Below, in pieces: positions 49,304 through 59,145 of a DNA stretch of 64,000 bases. A program made the translations under genes and the position numbers. The DNA is from an uncultured delta proteobacterium (GTDB taxonomy: Bacteria > Desulfobacterota > Binatia > HRBIN30 > BPIQ01). The notes below the pieces were generated by a model, which searched no databases, was not told where the DNA came from, and saw nothing but the letters and a program-made list of their open reading frames with translations. The stretch's first letter is position 1. Every line of letters starts with the position of its first letter. Where the stretch lies: NCBI GenBank assembly GCA_963761335.1, contig CAVXGR010000018.1, forward strand, positions 608,001 through 672,000. Direction: 5' to 3'.

Positions 49304-50398
49304 TCACTCACTGCCGAGGAACTCGCCGAGAGCGGAGAGCGGCTCGACGTGGTCGCAGAAGACCTTGAGGGTCATCAGCATTGGCACGGCCAGCAGCGCG
49401 CCGATCACCCCCCACAGCCACCCCCAGAAGATCAGCCCGACGAAGATCACCAGCGGGTTCAGCGTCAGCCGGTGGCCGAGGATGTGCGGCGTCACGATGT
49501 ACGCCTCCAGCGAGGTGAGCAGCAGATAGGTGGCCGGCGGCATCGCCGCCTGGCCGAGAGTATTGAAGGTCAGCAACGCCACCGCGGCGACGATGGCAAT
49601 GCCCACCCCGGAGCCGATGAAGGGAACGAAGTTGAGAATGCCCGCCATCGCCCCCCAGAGCATTGGATTCGGCATGTGCAGCGCCAGCAGCGCCAGGCCC
49701 ACCGCGGCGCCGAGACCGGCGTTGATCATGGTGACGGTGAGGAGATAGAGGGAGATGTCGGCCTCGATGCGGCGCGCGATCTCGACGGCGCGTTTCTTGT
49801 CTTCGAGGCGCGGCAGAACGCGCACCGTCTTGCGCAGCAGCATGTCGCCCGAGGCGAGCATGAAGTAAGAGAGGATCAAGACGATCGCCCCCGTGGAGGC
49901 GATTTGCCAGGCCTGGCCGACGACGATCTGCGTCAGGTTGGGACCCTGTACAGCAACCACCGCGGCGGCTGCGGATGGGTTGATGGTTGCGAGCTTCTCC
50001 ACCTGATCGGTGGCCTGGGTCACCTCGCGCATGGTTCGCTTGAGCGAACGAATGCGCGCCTCGATCTGGTGCAGGCTCTCCGGGGCGCGCTGCATCCAGT
50101 CCCCGGCGGGTCCGACGAGGTGGGAGGCCCCGTAGCCGATGGCGGCGGCGAGCACGAGCAGAACCACAGCTGCGCCCAGCGCCGGCGGGAGCCAGATCCG
50201 GCTCAGGACCCGAACCACGGGGTTGAGAATGAAGCTGATCAGGAAGGCGAGGACCAGCGGCAGGAGGATCGGCCGGCCGAAATCCAGAGTATAGAGGACG
50301 GCGAGGAGGAAGAGCCCGTTCAGGGCAAGTGCCTGTGCCGGGTACGGTCGTTGCCAGAGAAGCGACAGGGGATCCGGCGGTTTCGGTTTGCTTCCCAT
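49304..50398 (-). CDS. AI-2E family transporter (second)
   Basis: LNFVPFIG, EAYIVTP, LNP, WGWLWGVIGALLAVP; alternative start at 50446. Confidence 0.93.
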   Translation of the reverse strand: MGSKPKPPDPLSLLWQRPYPAQALALNGLFLLAVLYTLDFGRPILLPLVLAFLISFILNPVVRVLSRIWLPPALGAAVVLLVLAAAIGYGASHLVGPAGDWMQRAPESLHQIEARIRSLKRTMREVTQATDQVEKLATINPSAAAAVVAVQGPNLTQIVVGQAWQIASTGAIVLILSYFMLASGDMLLRKTVRVLPRLEDKKRAVEIARRIEADISLYLLTVTMINAGLGAAVGLALLALHMPNPMLWGAMAGILNFVPFIGSGVGIAIVAAVALLTFNTLGQAAMPPATYLLLTSLEAYIVTPHILGHRLTLNPLVIFVGLIFWGWLWGVIGALLAVPMLMTLKVFCDHVEPLSALGEFLGSE

Positions 50399-50462
50399 CG
50401 CCGCTGCATCCGCGCCCGCGTCGGTCGCTGAGCGAGGGCGGCTCACGGCGGCGTCTGCGAGG

Positions 50463-51245
50463 TCATGCGGGCGCGAGGCTCCCCGCGGGTTCCCGGGCGC
50501 TGCGGACCATTTCGACGAGCACCGCGCGCGCTTCTTTCGCCGTGGTTGCCGGGCGCGGAAAGCTGATGCGCAGCGACTGCGCGCCGTCGCCGGAGCGGGC
50601 GCACACCTGGAACCCCAGTCGGTCGATGGCCGTCATCGCGGCCTCCTCGGCGGCGATCTTCGCGAAGACGCGGCAGTAGAGAAGCAGGGCATCGCCGTGA
50701 TCGGCGTTCATGTGTGCGATGATTTGCGCGGCGCTGTCGCAGAGTGGGTCGGGGGCCGCGGCGCCGTAGGCCGGAGCATCGACCCAGCCCATCGCTCCGA
50801 ATCCGGCGACGTAATAGAGGTCGCGTACCTCCATGCGGTAGAGCGCAAAATCCCCGAACCCGGCCCACTGCCGGGCGCTCGGCTGGCGCTCCAGATAATC
50901 GGCGCGGAGCGCCTCGGCCGCCGCCCCATCGACGCGGGTCACCTCGCCGAGAAGCGTCACCCGCGCCTGCGCCAGGGCGTCGTCGCCGTCCCCGGCGGCG
51001 GTCACCAGGAGACTGGCGCGCCGGTCGGCGCCCAGGTTCTGGGTGTGCATCGCCAGCCGGCTGAGGAGAAACGTCGGCTGCCCCGCCGGATCCACGCCGT
51101 ATAGCGCCACCGAGCCGAAAGGAAATCCGCAGAGCCGCCGCGACTGGCTCGAGAGAGTGCCGGTGCGGCCCAGGTGCACGAGTGTCCGAGCCCGCTCTGC
51201 AAAGGATGGCTCGGGGACCCCTGCCGTGTTCTCTTTCTGCGCCAT
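50463..51245 (-). CDS. HugZ-like pyridoxamine 5'-phosphate oxidase family protein with DUF2470 domain
   Basis: GFPFGS, LSRLAMHTQNL, RVTLLG, VAGFGAMGWV, IIAHMNADH. Confidence 0.9.
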   Translation of the reverse strand: MAQKENTAGVPEPSFAERARTLVHLGRTGTLSSQSRRLCGFPFGSVALYGVDPAGQPTFLLSRLAMHTQNLGADRRASLLVTAAGDGDDALAQARVTLLGEVTRVDGAAAEALRADYLERQPSARQWAGFGDFALYRMEVRDLYYVAGFGAMGWVDAPAYGAAAPDPLCDSAAQIIAHMNADHGDALLLYCRVFAKIAAEEAAMTAIDRLGFQVCARSGDGAQSLRISFPRPATTAKEARAVLVEMVRSAREPAGSLAPA

Positions 51246-51394
51246 GATTCGAATCTAGCGGAGATAGTGCCCCCTGCGAAGGGGCCGCTTCGACGGGAGC
51301 CGCAGCGATGCTTGTCGAGCCCATGTCGGATTGGCTAGGGTGCGAAGACGCCGTCGGTGGGCGGTGAACGACCTCGTAGAGGAGCGAGAGCGAG

Positions 51395-51637
51395 ATGGCA
51401 GACGAACTCCCGAAGCCGGAACCCAAAGAGATCGACGAGAAGCTTTCCCTGGAGCTGCGCCACCAGGCGGAAGATGCGATTCTCCGCGCCAGGCCGAACG
51501 ACAGCGAACGCTGCGACAACTGCCTCTACTATCTCAATCCCGACGAGGAGCTGAGCTATTGCTGGCACCCGAAGCTCCGTATCCTGGTCGGCGGCAACTG
51601 GTGGTGCCAATGGTGGGAGGAGATCCCGCAGGAGTGA
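51395..51637 (+). CDS. Small HiPIP-like Fe-S protein lacking a signal peptide
   Basis: RCDNCLYY...YCWH...V...WWCQWW four-Cys/aromatic pattern; GAGGAG RBS. Confidence 0.7.
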   Translation: MADELPKPEPKEIDEKLSLELRHQAEDAILRARPNDSERCDNCLYYLNPDEELSYCWHPKLRILVGGNWWCQWWEEIPQE

Positions 51638-51649
51638 AGGGGCCGTCGA

Positions 51650-52834
51650 TCAGCGCCGCCGGCGGCCCGCCGGCGGCCGGCTCGGTGACGGCGGCGGCCC
51701 CGGCGAATAGCCGAGCAGCTGGCATTCGATCGGTCCATTCCACAGACGCCGCCGGCTCGTCGGCCGGGTATGGAAGGCGCTCTCGAAGGCCGGGTTGCCG
51801 CTGAGCACGAAGATGCGCCATCCGTTGAGGCGCCGAAGGTTCTCTCCCAGGCGGAAGTAGAACGTCTTCATTCCCTGTTGCCCGAGTCCCTGTCGCTCGC
51901 CGTAGGGAGGGTTGGTCAGCAGGAGTCCGGCGCTCGCCGGAGGTTCGAATGGTGCCGTGGCATCGCCGCTGGTGACGCGAACCCAGTCCGCGACCCCGGC
52001 GGCGCGGATATTCTTGCGCGCCGCGGTCACCGCCCTCTCGCTCTTGTCGAAACCGGCGATGGGCGCCGCCGGCGGGCGCTGACCGCGTTGCGCCTCGGCG
52101 CGCAGCTCGGTCAGGATTGCCGCCGCTTCCTGGCCGAGGTGTGGCCAGCGCTCGACCGCCATTCGCCGCCCGCCGCCGGGGGCGCGGTTGGCGGCGATCA
52201 GCGCTCCCTCGATCAGAAAGGTCGCCGAGCCGCACAGGGGATCGAGGAGCGCTTCCTCGCCGCGATAGGAGGCGGCGCGCAGGATGGCGGCGGCCAGCGT
52301 CTCCTTCAGCGGCGCCAGGGTCGGATCGGTGCGATAGCCGCGGCGGTAGAGCGGCGCGCCGCAGAGGTCCAGCGAGAGCGTCAGACGCGTGCCGGCGAGA
52401 TGGGCGACGATGCGCACCAGCGGATCGCGCGTGTCGACATCGGGGCGGCTGCCGAGCCGCTGTCGCAGGCGATCGACCACGGCGTCCTTGATCTTGAGGG
52501 CGACGAAGCCCGAGTGCCGGTGCTCACTGCCGCGCAGGGTGGCCTCGACCGCGAGCGTGCTGGTGGCGGTGAGGTGCTCCTCCCAGGCCACCTGCCGCGC
52601 CGCCTCGTAGAGCCCTTCGGCGCCCTCCGCCTCGAGGCTCGCCAGCGGGTAGAGCACGCGCATGGCGATGCGTGACCAGAGGCAGATGCGCAACGCCTCC
52701 TCGAGGCTGGCGAGAAAGCGAACGCCGCCGCGGTCCTGCCGGATCCGCTTGGCGTCGAGCTCGCCAAGCTCCTCCGCCAGCAACGGCTCGGTGCCCCGCG
52801 CCGCCGTGGCAAACAGCGAGAGCCGCTCGGCCAT
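51650..52834 (-). CDS. THUMP-domain RNA methyltransferase (RlmL-like)
   Basis: LYRRGYR, APLKETLAAA, DPLCGSAT, TNPPYGER. Confidence 0.92.
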   Translation of the reverse strand: MAERLSLFATAARGTEPLLAEELGELDAKRIRQDRGGVRFLASLEEALRICLWSRIAMRVLYPLASLEAEGAEGLYEAARQVAWEEHLTATSTLAVEATLRGSEHRHSGFVALKIKDAVVDRLRQRLGSRPDVDTRDPLVRIVAHLAGTRLTLSLDLCGAPLYRRGYRTDPTLAPLKETLAAAILRAASYRGEEALLDPLCGSATFLIEGALIAANRAPGGGRRMAVERWPHLGQEAAAILTELRAEAQRGQRPPAAPIAGFDKSERAVTAARKNIRAAGVADWVRVTSGDATAPFEPPASAGLLLTNPPYGERQGLGQQGMKTFYFRLGENLRRLNGWRIFVLSGNPAFESAFHTRPTSRRRLWNGPIECQLLGYSPGPPPSPSRPPAGRRRR

Positions 52835-52949
52835 CCTGCTGCATGTAGCCGAGCCGCGCCGCGGATGCCAGCCGGCGCCCTCGGCCATAGTGTCCTCGTT
52901 TGCCGGTCCGACTCTGCAATTATCTCCCGCCCGCCTCGCGCAAGGGTCT

Positions 52950-53050
52950 CCTCTCCCCGCATTCTTTTCGCGGGGAGAGGATCAAGGTGAGGGGCTTCTT
53001 CAAAGTTCACGATCGCCCTGTCCCTCCCGCGAAACAATGCGGGAGAGGGA
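52950..53050. repeat. REP-like hairpin doublet
   Basis: CCTCTCCCCGC-attcttttc-GCGGGGAGAGG (52950-52980) and an inverted related copy at 53022-53049. Confidence 0.7.
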
Positions 53051-53065
53051 ACCCGAGCCGCGCTG

Positions 53066-53431
53066 CTACCTCGTCAACACTCCGGTGATCATGCAGTTGG
53101 CCTCGACACCGTTCGGGTTCTCACAGCTGAGCGTCTCGTCCGCGGGAATTGCGATCCCCGGCTCATAGGTGGTGCAGGGCTCGCGGCCGCTGATCACGGG
53201 GCCGAAGGTGTTGCCCGAGAGCACCATGCCGCCGCCGTTGAAGCAGACCTGGGTCAGCACGAAGACCGGCGCCGACGGTGTCACATATATCGCCGCCGAG
53301 CTCATTGCCGGCACGGCCGCACAGGCACTGGTGACTGTCCCACGAAATCCCATGCCCCGGAGGCGCTGCGCCATTGCCGGAATGGGAGCGGCCAGCAACG
53401 CCGCCACAATGAATGCGCTTGCCCTTTTCAC
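53066..53431 (-). CDS. Small exported Cys-containing protein
   Basis: AAGGAGGAG RBS before GTG; signal peptide ending AMA. Confidence 0.72.
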   Translation of the reverse strand: MKRASAFIVAALLAAPIPAMAQRLRGMGFRGTVTSACAAVPAMSSAAIYVTPSAPVFVLTQVCFNGGGMVLSGNTFGPVISGREPCTTYEPGIAIPADETLSCENPNGVEANCMITGVLTR

Positions 53432-53500
53432 GGCACTCCTCCTTGTCGAACAGCTCGCTTGGATGACGGCTTGGTCGACTGTTCCCTTGACCGCCGGTGA

Positions 53501-53515
53501 GCACCATCCGTGCCG
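53501..53515 (-). promoter_or_regulatory. Possible sigma54 promoter of 53066..53431
   Basis: Minus strand CGGCAC-ggatg-GTGC. Confidence 0.35.
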
Positions 53516-53717
53516 CCCGACACCTGTAGGAGCCGGAAGAAAGAGGGAGCCCTTTCGAGAACGGTACGACGGCCGCTGAAGGACTTCTTACAACCGCCGG
53601 AGCAGCAAATTCCCAGAGCTGGCGGGCTCTCCGGCCGGGGGCAGAGGCCTGCGCCGGCATCTCGCTTGAATTGGCCTCGCCGGCACGGCTATGGAGGCGG
53701 GCGTCGCTGGAGGCGCC

Positions 53718-54665
53718 ATGCTCAAGAAAATTCTGCTCCTGATTCTGGCCGTGCTCGGGGCGGCGGTGCTCCTCGGCGCCGTCGGACTGACGTGGGCGCA
53801 TCTCTCCATCCGCCGCGAGCGGGCGCCGCTGCCGCCGGCGCAGTCGCTGGCTCGAGTGGTGAAGGACGGGCCGCTGCGGGTGTCCTTCGTCAACACCGCC
53901 AGCCAGGAGATGCCCCGCTCGGCAGTGCTCGATCCAAAGCGGGACTCGCATCCGGCTGCGGCGTACGTGATGAGTCATGCCGCCTTCGTTCTCGAATGGG
54001 CCGATGGCCGCATCCTGGTGATCGACAACGGGATGAACCGCGAGGAGGCCGAGGCCTTCGGGCGGCCTCTCGAGCTTCTGGCGGGGGCGCAGCCGATCCG
54101 ACCTCTCGGCGCGCTCGCCGACCGGCTCGGGGCGGCGGCGGCGCGCGTGCAGGGTGTCGTCTTCACTCATCTGCACACCGACCACGTCGGTGGCCTCGCG
54201 GATCTCTGTCGCGGCGTCGGCCATCCGCTGCGCGTCTTCATGACCGAGCCGCAGGCACAGCATCCCAACTACACGACGCGGCCGGGCCTGCGGCTGATCG
54301 ACGCCGCCGGCTGCGCCCGCAAGCAGGTGCTGCGCGGCGCGTCTCCGCACGACCTCGACGGGTTTCCCGGGGTTGCCGTCATCGCCGCCGGCGGCCATAC
54401 GCCGGGAAGTCAGCTGATCGCCGTCAACACCGCCGACGGGCGCCGCTATCTGTTCGCCGGCGACATCGTCAACAACATCGACGGCATCAACGACGACGTT
54501 CCCAAGCCGTTCCTCTACCGGTTGCTGATTGTTCCCGAGGATGAGCCCCGGCAGACGGAGCTGCGCCACTATCTCCGCGCCCTCCGCGACCAGGAGGGGT
54601 TCTCGCTTCTGGTCTCGCACGATCAGCGGCAGATCGAGTCGACGCTGGCGCCGTTTCCGGGGTGA
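53718..54665 (+). CDS. Membrane-anchored metallo-beta-lactamase fold hydrolase
   Basis: THLHTDHVGG, GHTPG, AGD, SHD. Confidence 0.92.
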   Translation: MLKKILLLILAVLGAAVLLGAVGLTWAHLSIRRERAPLPPAQSLARVVKDGPLRVSFVNTASQEMPRSAVLDPKRDSHPAAAYVMSHAAFVLEWADGRILVIDNGMNREEAEAFGRPLELLAGAQPIRPLGALADRLGAAAARVQGVVFTHLHTDHVGGLADLCRGVGHPLRVFMTEPQAQHPNYTTRPGLRLIDAAGCARKQVLRGASPHDLDGFPGVAVIAAGGHTPGSQLIAVNTADGRRYLFAGDIVNNIDGINDDVPKPFLYRLLIVPEDEPRQTELRHYLRALRDQEGFSLLVSHDQRQIESTLAPFPG

Positions 54666-54724
54666 TGGCGTCGACGACGCCACTCCGCTAGGGTCGGCTC
54701 GCTCAATCGCGAAAGGAGAGATAC

Positions 54725-55669
54725 ATGGCGCATCCGGTTCGCTTCGGCATCCAGACGGGCCAGCAGAGCGTCGAGTGGGCGCAGATGCTCGATCTCTGGC
54801 AGAAGGCCGATGACTGGGGGTACGACTCCCTCTGGAATTTCGATCACTTCTATCCGATCTTCGTCGACCCGGAGGGTCCCTGCTTCGAGGGGTGGACGAC
54901 GCTGAGCGCGCTGGCGCAGGCGACCTCGCGAGCCCGCATCGGCCACATGGTGAACGGCAACACGTATCGCAACCCGTGCATCGTGGCGAAGATGGCGGCT
55001 ACCCTGGACCACATCAGCGGCGGTCGCCTGAATCTCGGCATCGGCGCCGGCTGGTTCGAGCTCGAGCACCGCAGCTTCGGCATCGACTTCAAGACGGTCG
55101 GCGGTCGCCTGCAGGCTCTGGAAGAGGCCTGCCGCATCATTCTCGGCATGTTCACCGAGGAGAAGACGACCGTGCACGGCAAGCACTACACCGTGACCGA
55201 CGCCATGTGCCTGCCGAAGCCGGTGCAGCAGCCGCACCCGCCGATCCTGATCGGCGGTACGGGGGAGAAGGTGCTGCTCCGCCTGGTGGCGCAGTACGCC
55301 GACATGTGGAACGCCAGCGCCAGCGCCGAGCGCATGGGCGAGCTGATCGGGGTGATCCGGCGCCACGGCGAGCGCCTCGGCCGCGACACCGAAGCCATTG
55401 AGAAGACGGTGATGATGCCGCTCTGCTACAGCGCCACCCCGGAACGCGAGGCGTTCATCTGCAACCTGATGGCGTCGATGCGGCAGACGACGCCGGAGCT
55501 GGTGCGGCCGCAGATCATGATCGGCAGCAAGGACGAGTGCCTCGAGACCGTGGCCCGCTACCGGCGCGCCGGAGTCAGCCACTTCATCTTCATGACCTTC
55601 GCCCCCTACTTCGTGGACGAGATCCAGGCGTTTGCCGAGGAGGTGATCCCCACGGCGCGCCGCGCCTGA
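54725..55669 (+). CDS. Luciferase-like (LLM) oxidoreductase, putative F420-dependent class
   Basis: DSLWNFDHF, TYRNP..AKMAATLDHISGGRL.LGIGAGW, PKPVQQPHPPILIGG.GEK. Confidence 0.9.
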   Translation: MAHPVRFGIQTGQQSVEWAQMLDLWQKADDWGYDSLWNFDHFYPIFVDPEGPCFEGWTTLSALAQATSRARIGHMVNGNTYRNPCIVAKMAATLDHISGGRLNLGIGAGWFELEHRSFGIDFKTVGGRLQALEEACRIILGMFTEEKTTVHGKHYTVTDAMCLPKPVQQPHPPILIGGTGEKVLLRLVAQYADMWNASASAERMGELIGVIRRHGERLGRDTEAIEKTVMMPLCYSATPEREAFICNLMASMRQTTPELVRPQIMIGSKDECLETVARYRRAGVSHFIFMTFAPYFVDEIQAFAEEVIPTARRA

Positions 55670-55752
55670 AGCGCCGGCGCTCAGTGTCGGGTCACCTTCG
55701 CCGGGACGCCGCGCTTCTCGCTCGCGCCGGCCGGCTGCGGCACAATGGCCGC

Positions 55753-56583
55753 ATGAAGACGAAGGCCTTCGGCTGGACGGACGAGCGCGTGCCGCTGATC
55801 GGTCAGGGGACCTGGCACATGGGAGAATCGGCTCGGCAGCGACAGCGCGAGGTGGCGGCGCTGCAGCTCGGGCTCGAGCACGGGATGACGCACATCGACA
55901 CCGCCGAGATGTACGGTCGCGGCGGCGCCGAGAAGGTGATCGCCGAGGCCATTCGCGACCGGCGTCGCGGAGAGCTCTTCCTGGTCTCCAAGGTGCTGCC
56001 CGAGAACGCCAGCCAGCGGGGCACGACCGCGGCGGCGGAGGCCAGCCTGCGCCGCCTCGGCACCGATTACCTCGATCTCTATCTGCTGCACTGGCGCGGT
56101 CGCCATGCGCTCGCCGATACCATGGGCGCCATGGAGGATCTGGTTTCCGCCGGAAAGGTGCGCTTCGTCGGGGTGAGCAACTTCGAGGTCGACGACCTGC
56201 GCGAAGCGATGGCGGCCCTGTCGCGGCAGCGGCTCGCCTGTAATCAGGTTCTCTACAACCTGCGCCAGCGCGAGATCGAGGCCGAGGTGCTGCCCTTCTG
56301 CGCCGACCAGGGCATCGCCGTGGTTGCCTACACGCCGTTCGACGGCGTACCCGGGCAGGGGACCAGGGCCTGGCGGGCTCTGCAGGAGATCGGCCGGCGC
56401 CACGGCAAGACCCCGCGTCAGGTGGTTCTGCGTTTCTTGACGCGCACCCCCGCGCTTTTCGCCATTCCCAAGGCGACCGACCCCGACCACGTGCGCGAGA
56501 ACTCCGGCGCCGGCGATTTCGATCTCGACGCGGCGGACGTGGAGACCATCGAGAGGCTCTTTCCGAAGCCGTCCTCGCCGTAG
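55753..56583 (+). CDS. Aldo/keto reductase
   Basis: GQGTW, IDTAEMYG, SKV, DLYLLHW, GVSNF, IPKA. Confidence 0.95.
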   Translation: MKTKAFGWTDERVPLIGQGTWHMGESARQRQREVAALQLGLEHGMTHIDTAEMYGRGGAEKVIAEAIRDRRRGELFLVSKVLPENASQRGTTAAAEASLRRLGTDYLDLYLLHWRGRHALADTMGAMEDLVSAGKVRFVGVSNFEVDDLREAMAALSRQRLACNQVLYNLRQREIEAEVLPFCADQGIAVVAYTPFDGVPGQGTRAWRALQEIGRRHGKTPRQVVLRFLTRTPALFAIPKATDPDHVRENSGAGDFDLDAADVETIERLFPKPSSP

Positions 56584-56657
56584 CCCCCATTTCTCACCGG
56601 CTTTCTGCTGCGACCGCCGATAAGCCCGCATCTCAACCCGCAAACCTGGCAACCCGC

Positions 56658-58286
56658 TCATCCGGCGACGCCGTACACGCGGACGCGTTCGTGCCGGCCG
56701 CGGAGGGCGAGCGAATCGCTCATCTCGATGCCCGGCGCCATACCGGCGCCGGCGGCGAGATTATAGGTGGTCTCCGAGATCAGTACGTCCTGTCCGTGCT
56801 CCTTGGCGAGCTGCTGCAGGCGGAAGGCGACGTTCACCGCGTCCCCGATCACCGTGTACTCGTGGCGGTCGCGGGCGCCGATGGTGCCGGCGACTACCTC
56901 GCCCGTGTGCACGCCGATCTTCATTGCCAGCGGCGGGCGGCCGGCGGCAGCGCGACGGGTGTTGAGCTCGCGCAGGCGATGGCGCATGCCGAGGGCGCAG
57001 CGGACGGCGCTGGCTGCCGCCTGCGGGGCATCGTGCGCGGCGGCGCCGGGAGAGAAGAGACCGAAGACCACCAGCATGGCGTCGCCGATGAACTTGTCGA
57101 CGACCCCGCCCGATTGCCGAACCCACGCGGTCATCGCCGTGAAGAACTCGTTGAGCGTGCTCACCACCTCTGCCGGCGGCGCCGTCTCGGCCAGCGCCGT
57201 GAAGCCGCGCAGGTCACAGAAGAGGATGGAGGCGGTGCGCAGCTCGCCGTGGAGCGGCAGGTTGCCGGCGAGGAGCTGGTCGCGTACCGCCGGCTCGACG
57301 ACGCGGCCGAAGGTGGCCAGGATGCGATCGCGCTCGCGCAGCGTCTCCACCATGGTGTTGACGCCGTCCTCGAGGACGCCGAGCTCGTCGCTGGAGGTGA
57401 CCGCCAGGCTGGTGTCGAGGTCGCCGCCGCCGATGCGGCGCAGCGCCGTCGCCATCGCCTGCAGTGGGCGGGTGAAGGTGAGCGCCTGCAACAGAGTGAG
57501 GGCAATGCCGAGCAGCACGTAGACGAGAAAGGTGATTTCGCTGGAGCGAGCCAGAGCGTCGCGAACGCCGGCCACGGGGAAGCCGGCATCGAGGCGTACC
57601 GTCGCCGAGCGCACCAGGCCGAGAAGGGTGAACATGGGCACGAAGGCGACGGCGGTGAGGAACACCAGCATGCGGCCGCGCACGCCGAGAGCCGCCGCCC
57701 CCGAGATCTCGGCGAGTCCGCCGCGGGGAAAAACGCGGGGCACCAGCATGCGGCGGAAGATCCAGTCGACGCACAGGTAGGTGGTGGTGGCGGCGAGAAA
57801 GCCGTTCACCAGAGGCGACAGGATGTGCTGCGACATCAGCTCCGGCGACCAGTGCCCGAAGTGGAGAAGGGTGGCGGCGGGGAAGAAGAGCAGACCGCTC
57901 AGCCAGGTTGCGAAGCCGATTGCCGCCACGGCCAGCGGGCCGCTGATGACGCGCCGCTGCACCGTCGCCGACGGCGCCTCGTGGGCGGCGCAGCGGGAAT
58001 AGGCGACCAGCGGCCACAGGTAGGCCGCCATGATCACCGGTGCGATGATGTAGGTGACCGCGGTGAAGTAGGGGAGCAGCTCCAGGTCGAAGGCGCGGAC
58101 CTGGCGTGCGAATGGATCCATGCCGCGCATCAGCTCGACGGTGGTGGCGGTAATGCCCGAGGCAAGGATGTTCGCCCCCAGGGCGACGAAGGCGGTGAGC
58201 GCAAACCAGGCGGGGAGCAGACCGGAAGGGCGCCAGTCGCCATCGCGCTCGGCGCCGTCCGGCGGCGCCGCCGTCCTTGTCGACAT
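56658..58286 (-). CDS. Membrane class III adenylate/guanylate cyclase with HAMP domain
   Basis: Multiple TMs, HAMP, FCDLRGFT, DKFIGDA, YTVIGDAVN..FRL; the K/T specificity pair suggests ATP as substrate. Confidence 0.95.
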   Translation of the reverse strand: MSTRTAAPPDGAERDGDWRPSGLLPAWFALTAFVALGANILASGITATTVELMRGMDPFARQVRAFDLELLPYFTAVTYIIAPVIMAAYLWPLVAYSRCAAHEAPSATVQRRVISGPLAVAAIGFATWLSGLLFFPAATLLHFGHWSPELMSQHILSPLVNGFLAATTTYLCVDWIFRRMLVPRVFPRGGLAEISGAAALGVRGRMLVFLTAVAFVPMFTLLGLVRSATVRLDAGFPVAGVRDALARSSEITFLVYVLLGIALTLLQALTFTRPLQAMATALRRIGGGDLDTSLAVTSSDELGVLEDGVNTMVETLRERDRILATFGRVVEPAVRDQLLAGNLPLHGELRTASILFCDLRGFTALAETAPPAEVVSTLNEFFTAMTAWVRQSGGVVDKFIGDAMLVVFGLFSPGAAAHDAPQAAASAVRCALGMRHRLRELNTRRAAAGRPPLAMKIGVHTGEVVAGTIGARDRHEYTVIGDAVNVAFRLQQLAKEHGQDVLISETTYNLAAGAGMAPGIEMSDSLALRGRHERVRVYGVAG

Positions 58287-58366
58287 CAGCGGATCGGATT
58301 ACATGGGTCGCCGCTGGTGCACAAGCGCTGGTCGCCGCGCTGGTCGCCGCCGTAGTGTGACATAGG

Positions 58367-58407
58367 CCGGTTCTCCATTCCCGGTTCTCATTCCGTCGTC
58401 TTCCACT
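58367..58407. repeat. Partial (single-arm) copy of the palindromic element
   Basis: CCGGTTCTCCATTCCCGGTTCTCATTCCGTCGTCTTCCA resembles the left flank and arm of the 16.1 and 29.7 kb elements. Confidence 0.65.
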
Positions 58408-58448
58408 CCCCGATTGGCCCTGCCCGGATTCGATGTTAGAAGGCGCGC

Positions 58449-59129
58449 ATGAGCAAGCCGCTGCCGTTTCGCCCGCATCCGTGGCACGGGATCGATCCGG
58501 GGACGCGTTTCCCCGAGATCGTCACCGCCTACATCGAGATGGTTCCGACCGACGGCGTCAAGTACGAGATCGACAAGCATTCGGGATATCTGAAGGTCGA
58601 CCGACCGCAGCGGTTCTCGAACTTCTGCCCGACGCTTTACGGCTTCGTGCCGCGCACCTATTGCGGCACCCGCGTCGCTGCGCACGTCATCAAGGGCGCT
58701 CCGAAGGTGACGCGTGGCGACGGCGACCCGATCGACGTCTGCGTGCTCACCGACCGCCCGATCTCGCGCGGCGAGATCCTGCTCGAGGCTCGGCCGATCG
58801 GCGGACTGCGCATGGTCGAGTCGGACGAGGCCGACGACAAGATCATCGCGGTGCTCATCGACGACCCGTCCTACGGAGAGATTACCGACGCGGCCCAGCT
58901 GCCGCGTCCGGTCATCGACCGCCTGCGCCACTACTTCCTCACCTACAAGAAGATCCCGGGCGAGGAGGGGCACCCGATCAGCGTCGATCCGGTGTACAAC
59001 TCCATGGAGGCCCGCGCCATCCTCAAGGCGGCGCGCAGCGACTACCGAGAAGAGTTCGGCGACGCGGAGCCGGTCGCCCCGCCGGAGCGACGCAAGGGCC
59101 TGCGCCAAGCCGGTCGCGCCCGCCGCTGA
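58449..59129 (+). CDS. ppa: Inorganic pyrophosphatase (family I)
   Basis: HPWHG, KYEIDK, YGFVPRTY, GDGDPIDVCV, EADDKII, YFLTYK. Confidence 0.96.
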   Translation: MSKPLPFRPHPWHGIDPGTRFPEIVTAYIEMVPTDGVKYEIDKHSGYLKVDRPQRFSNFCPTLYGFVPRTYCGTRVAAHVIKGAPKVTRGDGDPIDVCVLTDRPISRGEILLEARPIGGLRMVESDEADDKIIAVLIDDPSYGEITDAAQLPRPVIDRLRHYFLTYKKIPGEEGHPISVDPVYNSMEARAILKAARSDYREEFGDAEPVAPPERRKGLRQAGRARR

Positions 59130-59145
59130 TTGCCCGATTCTGCGA

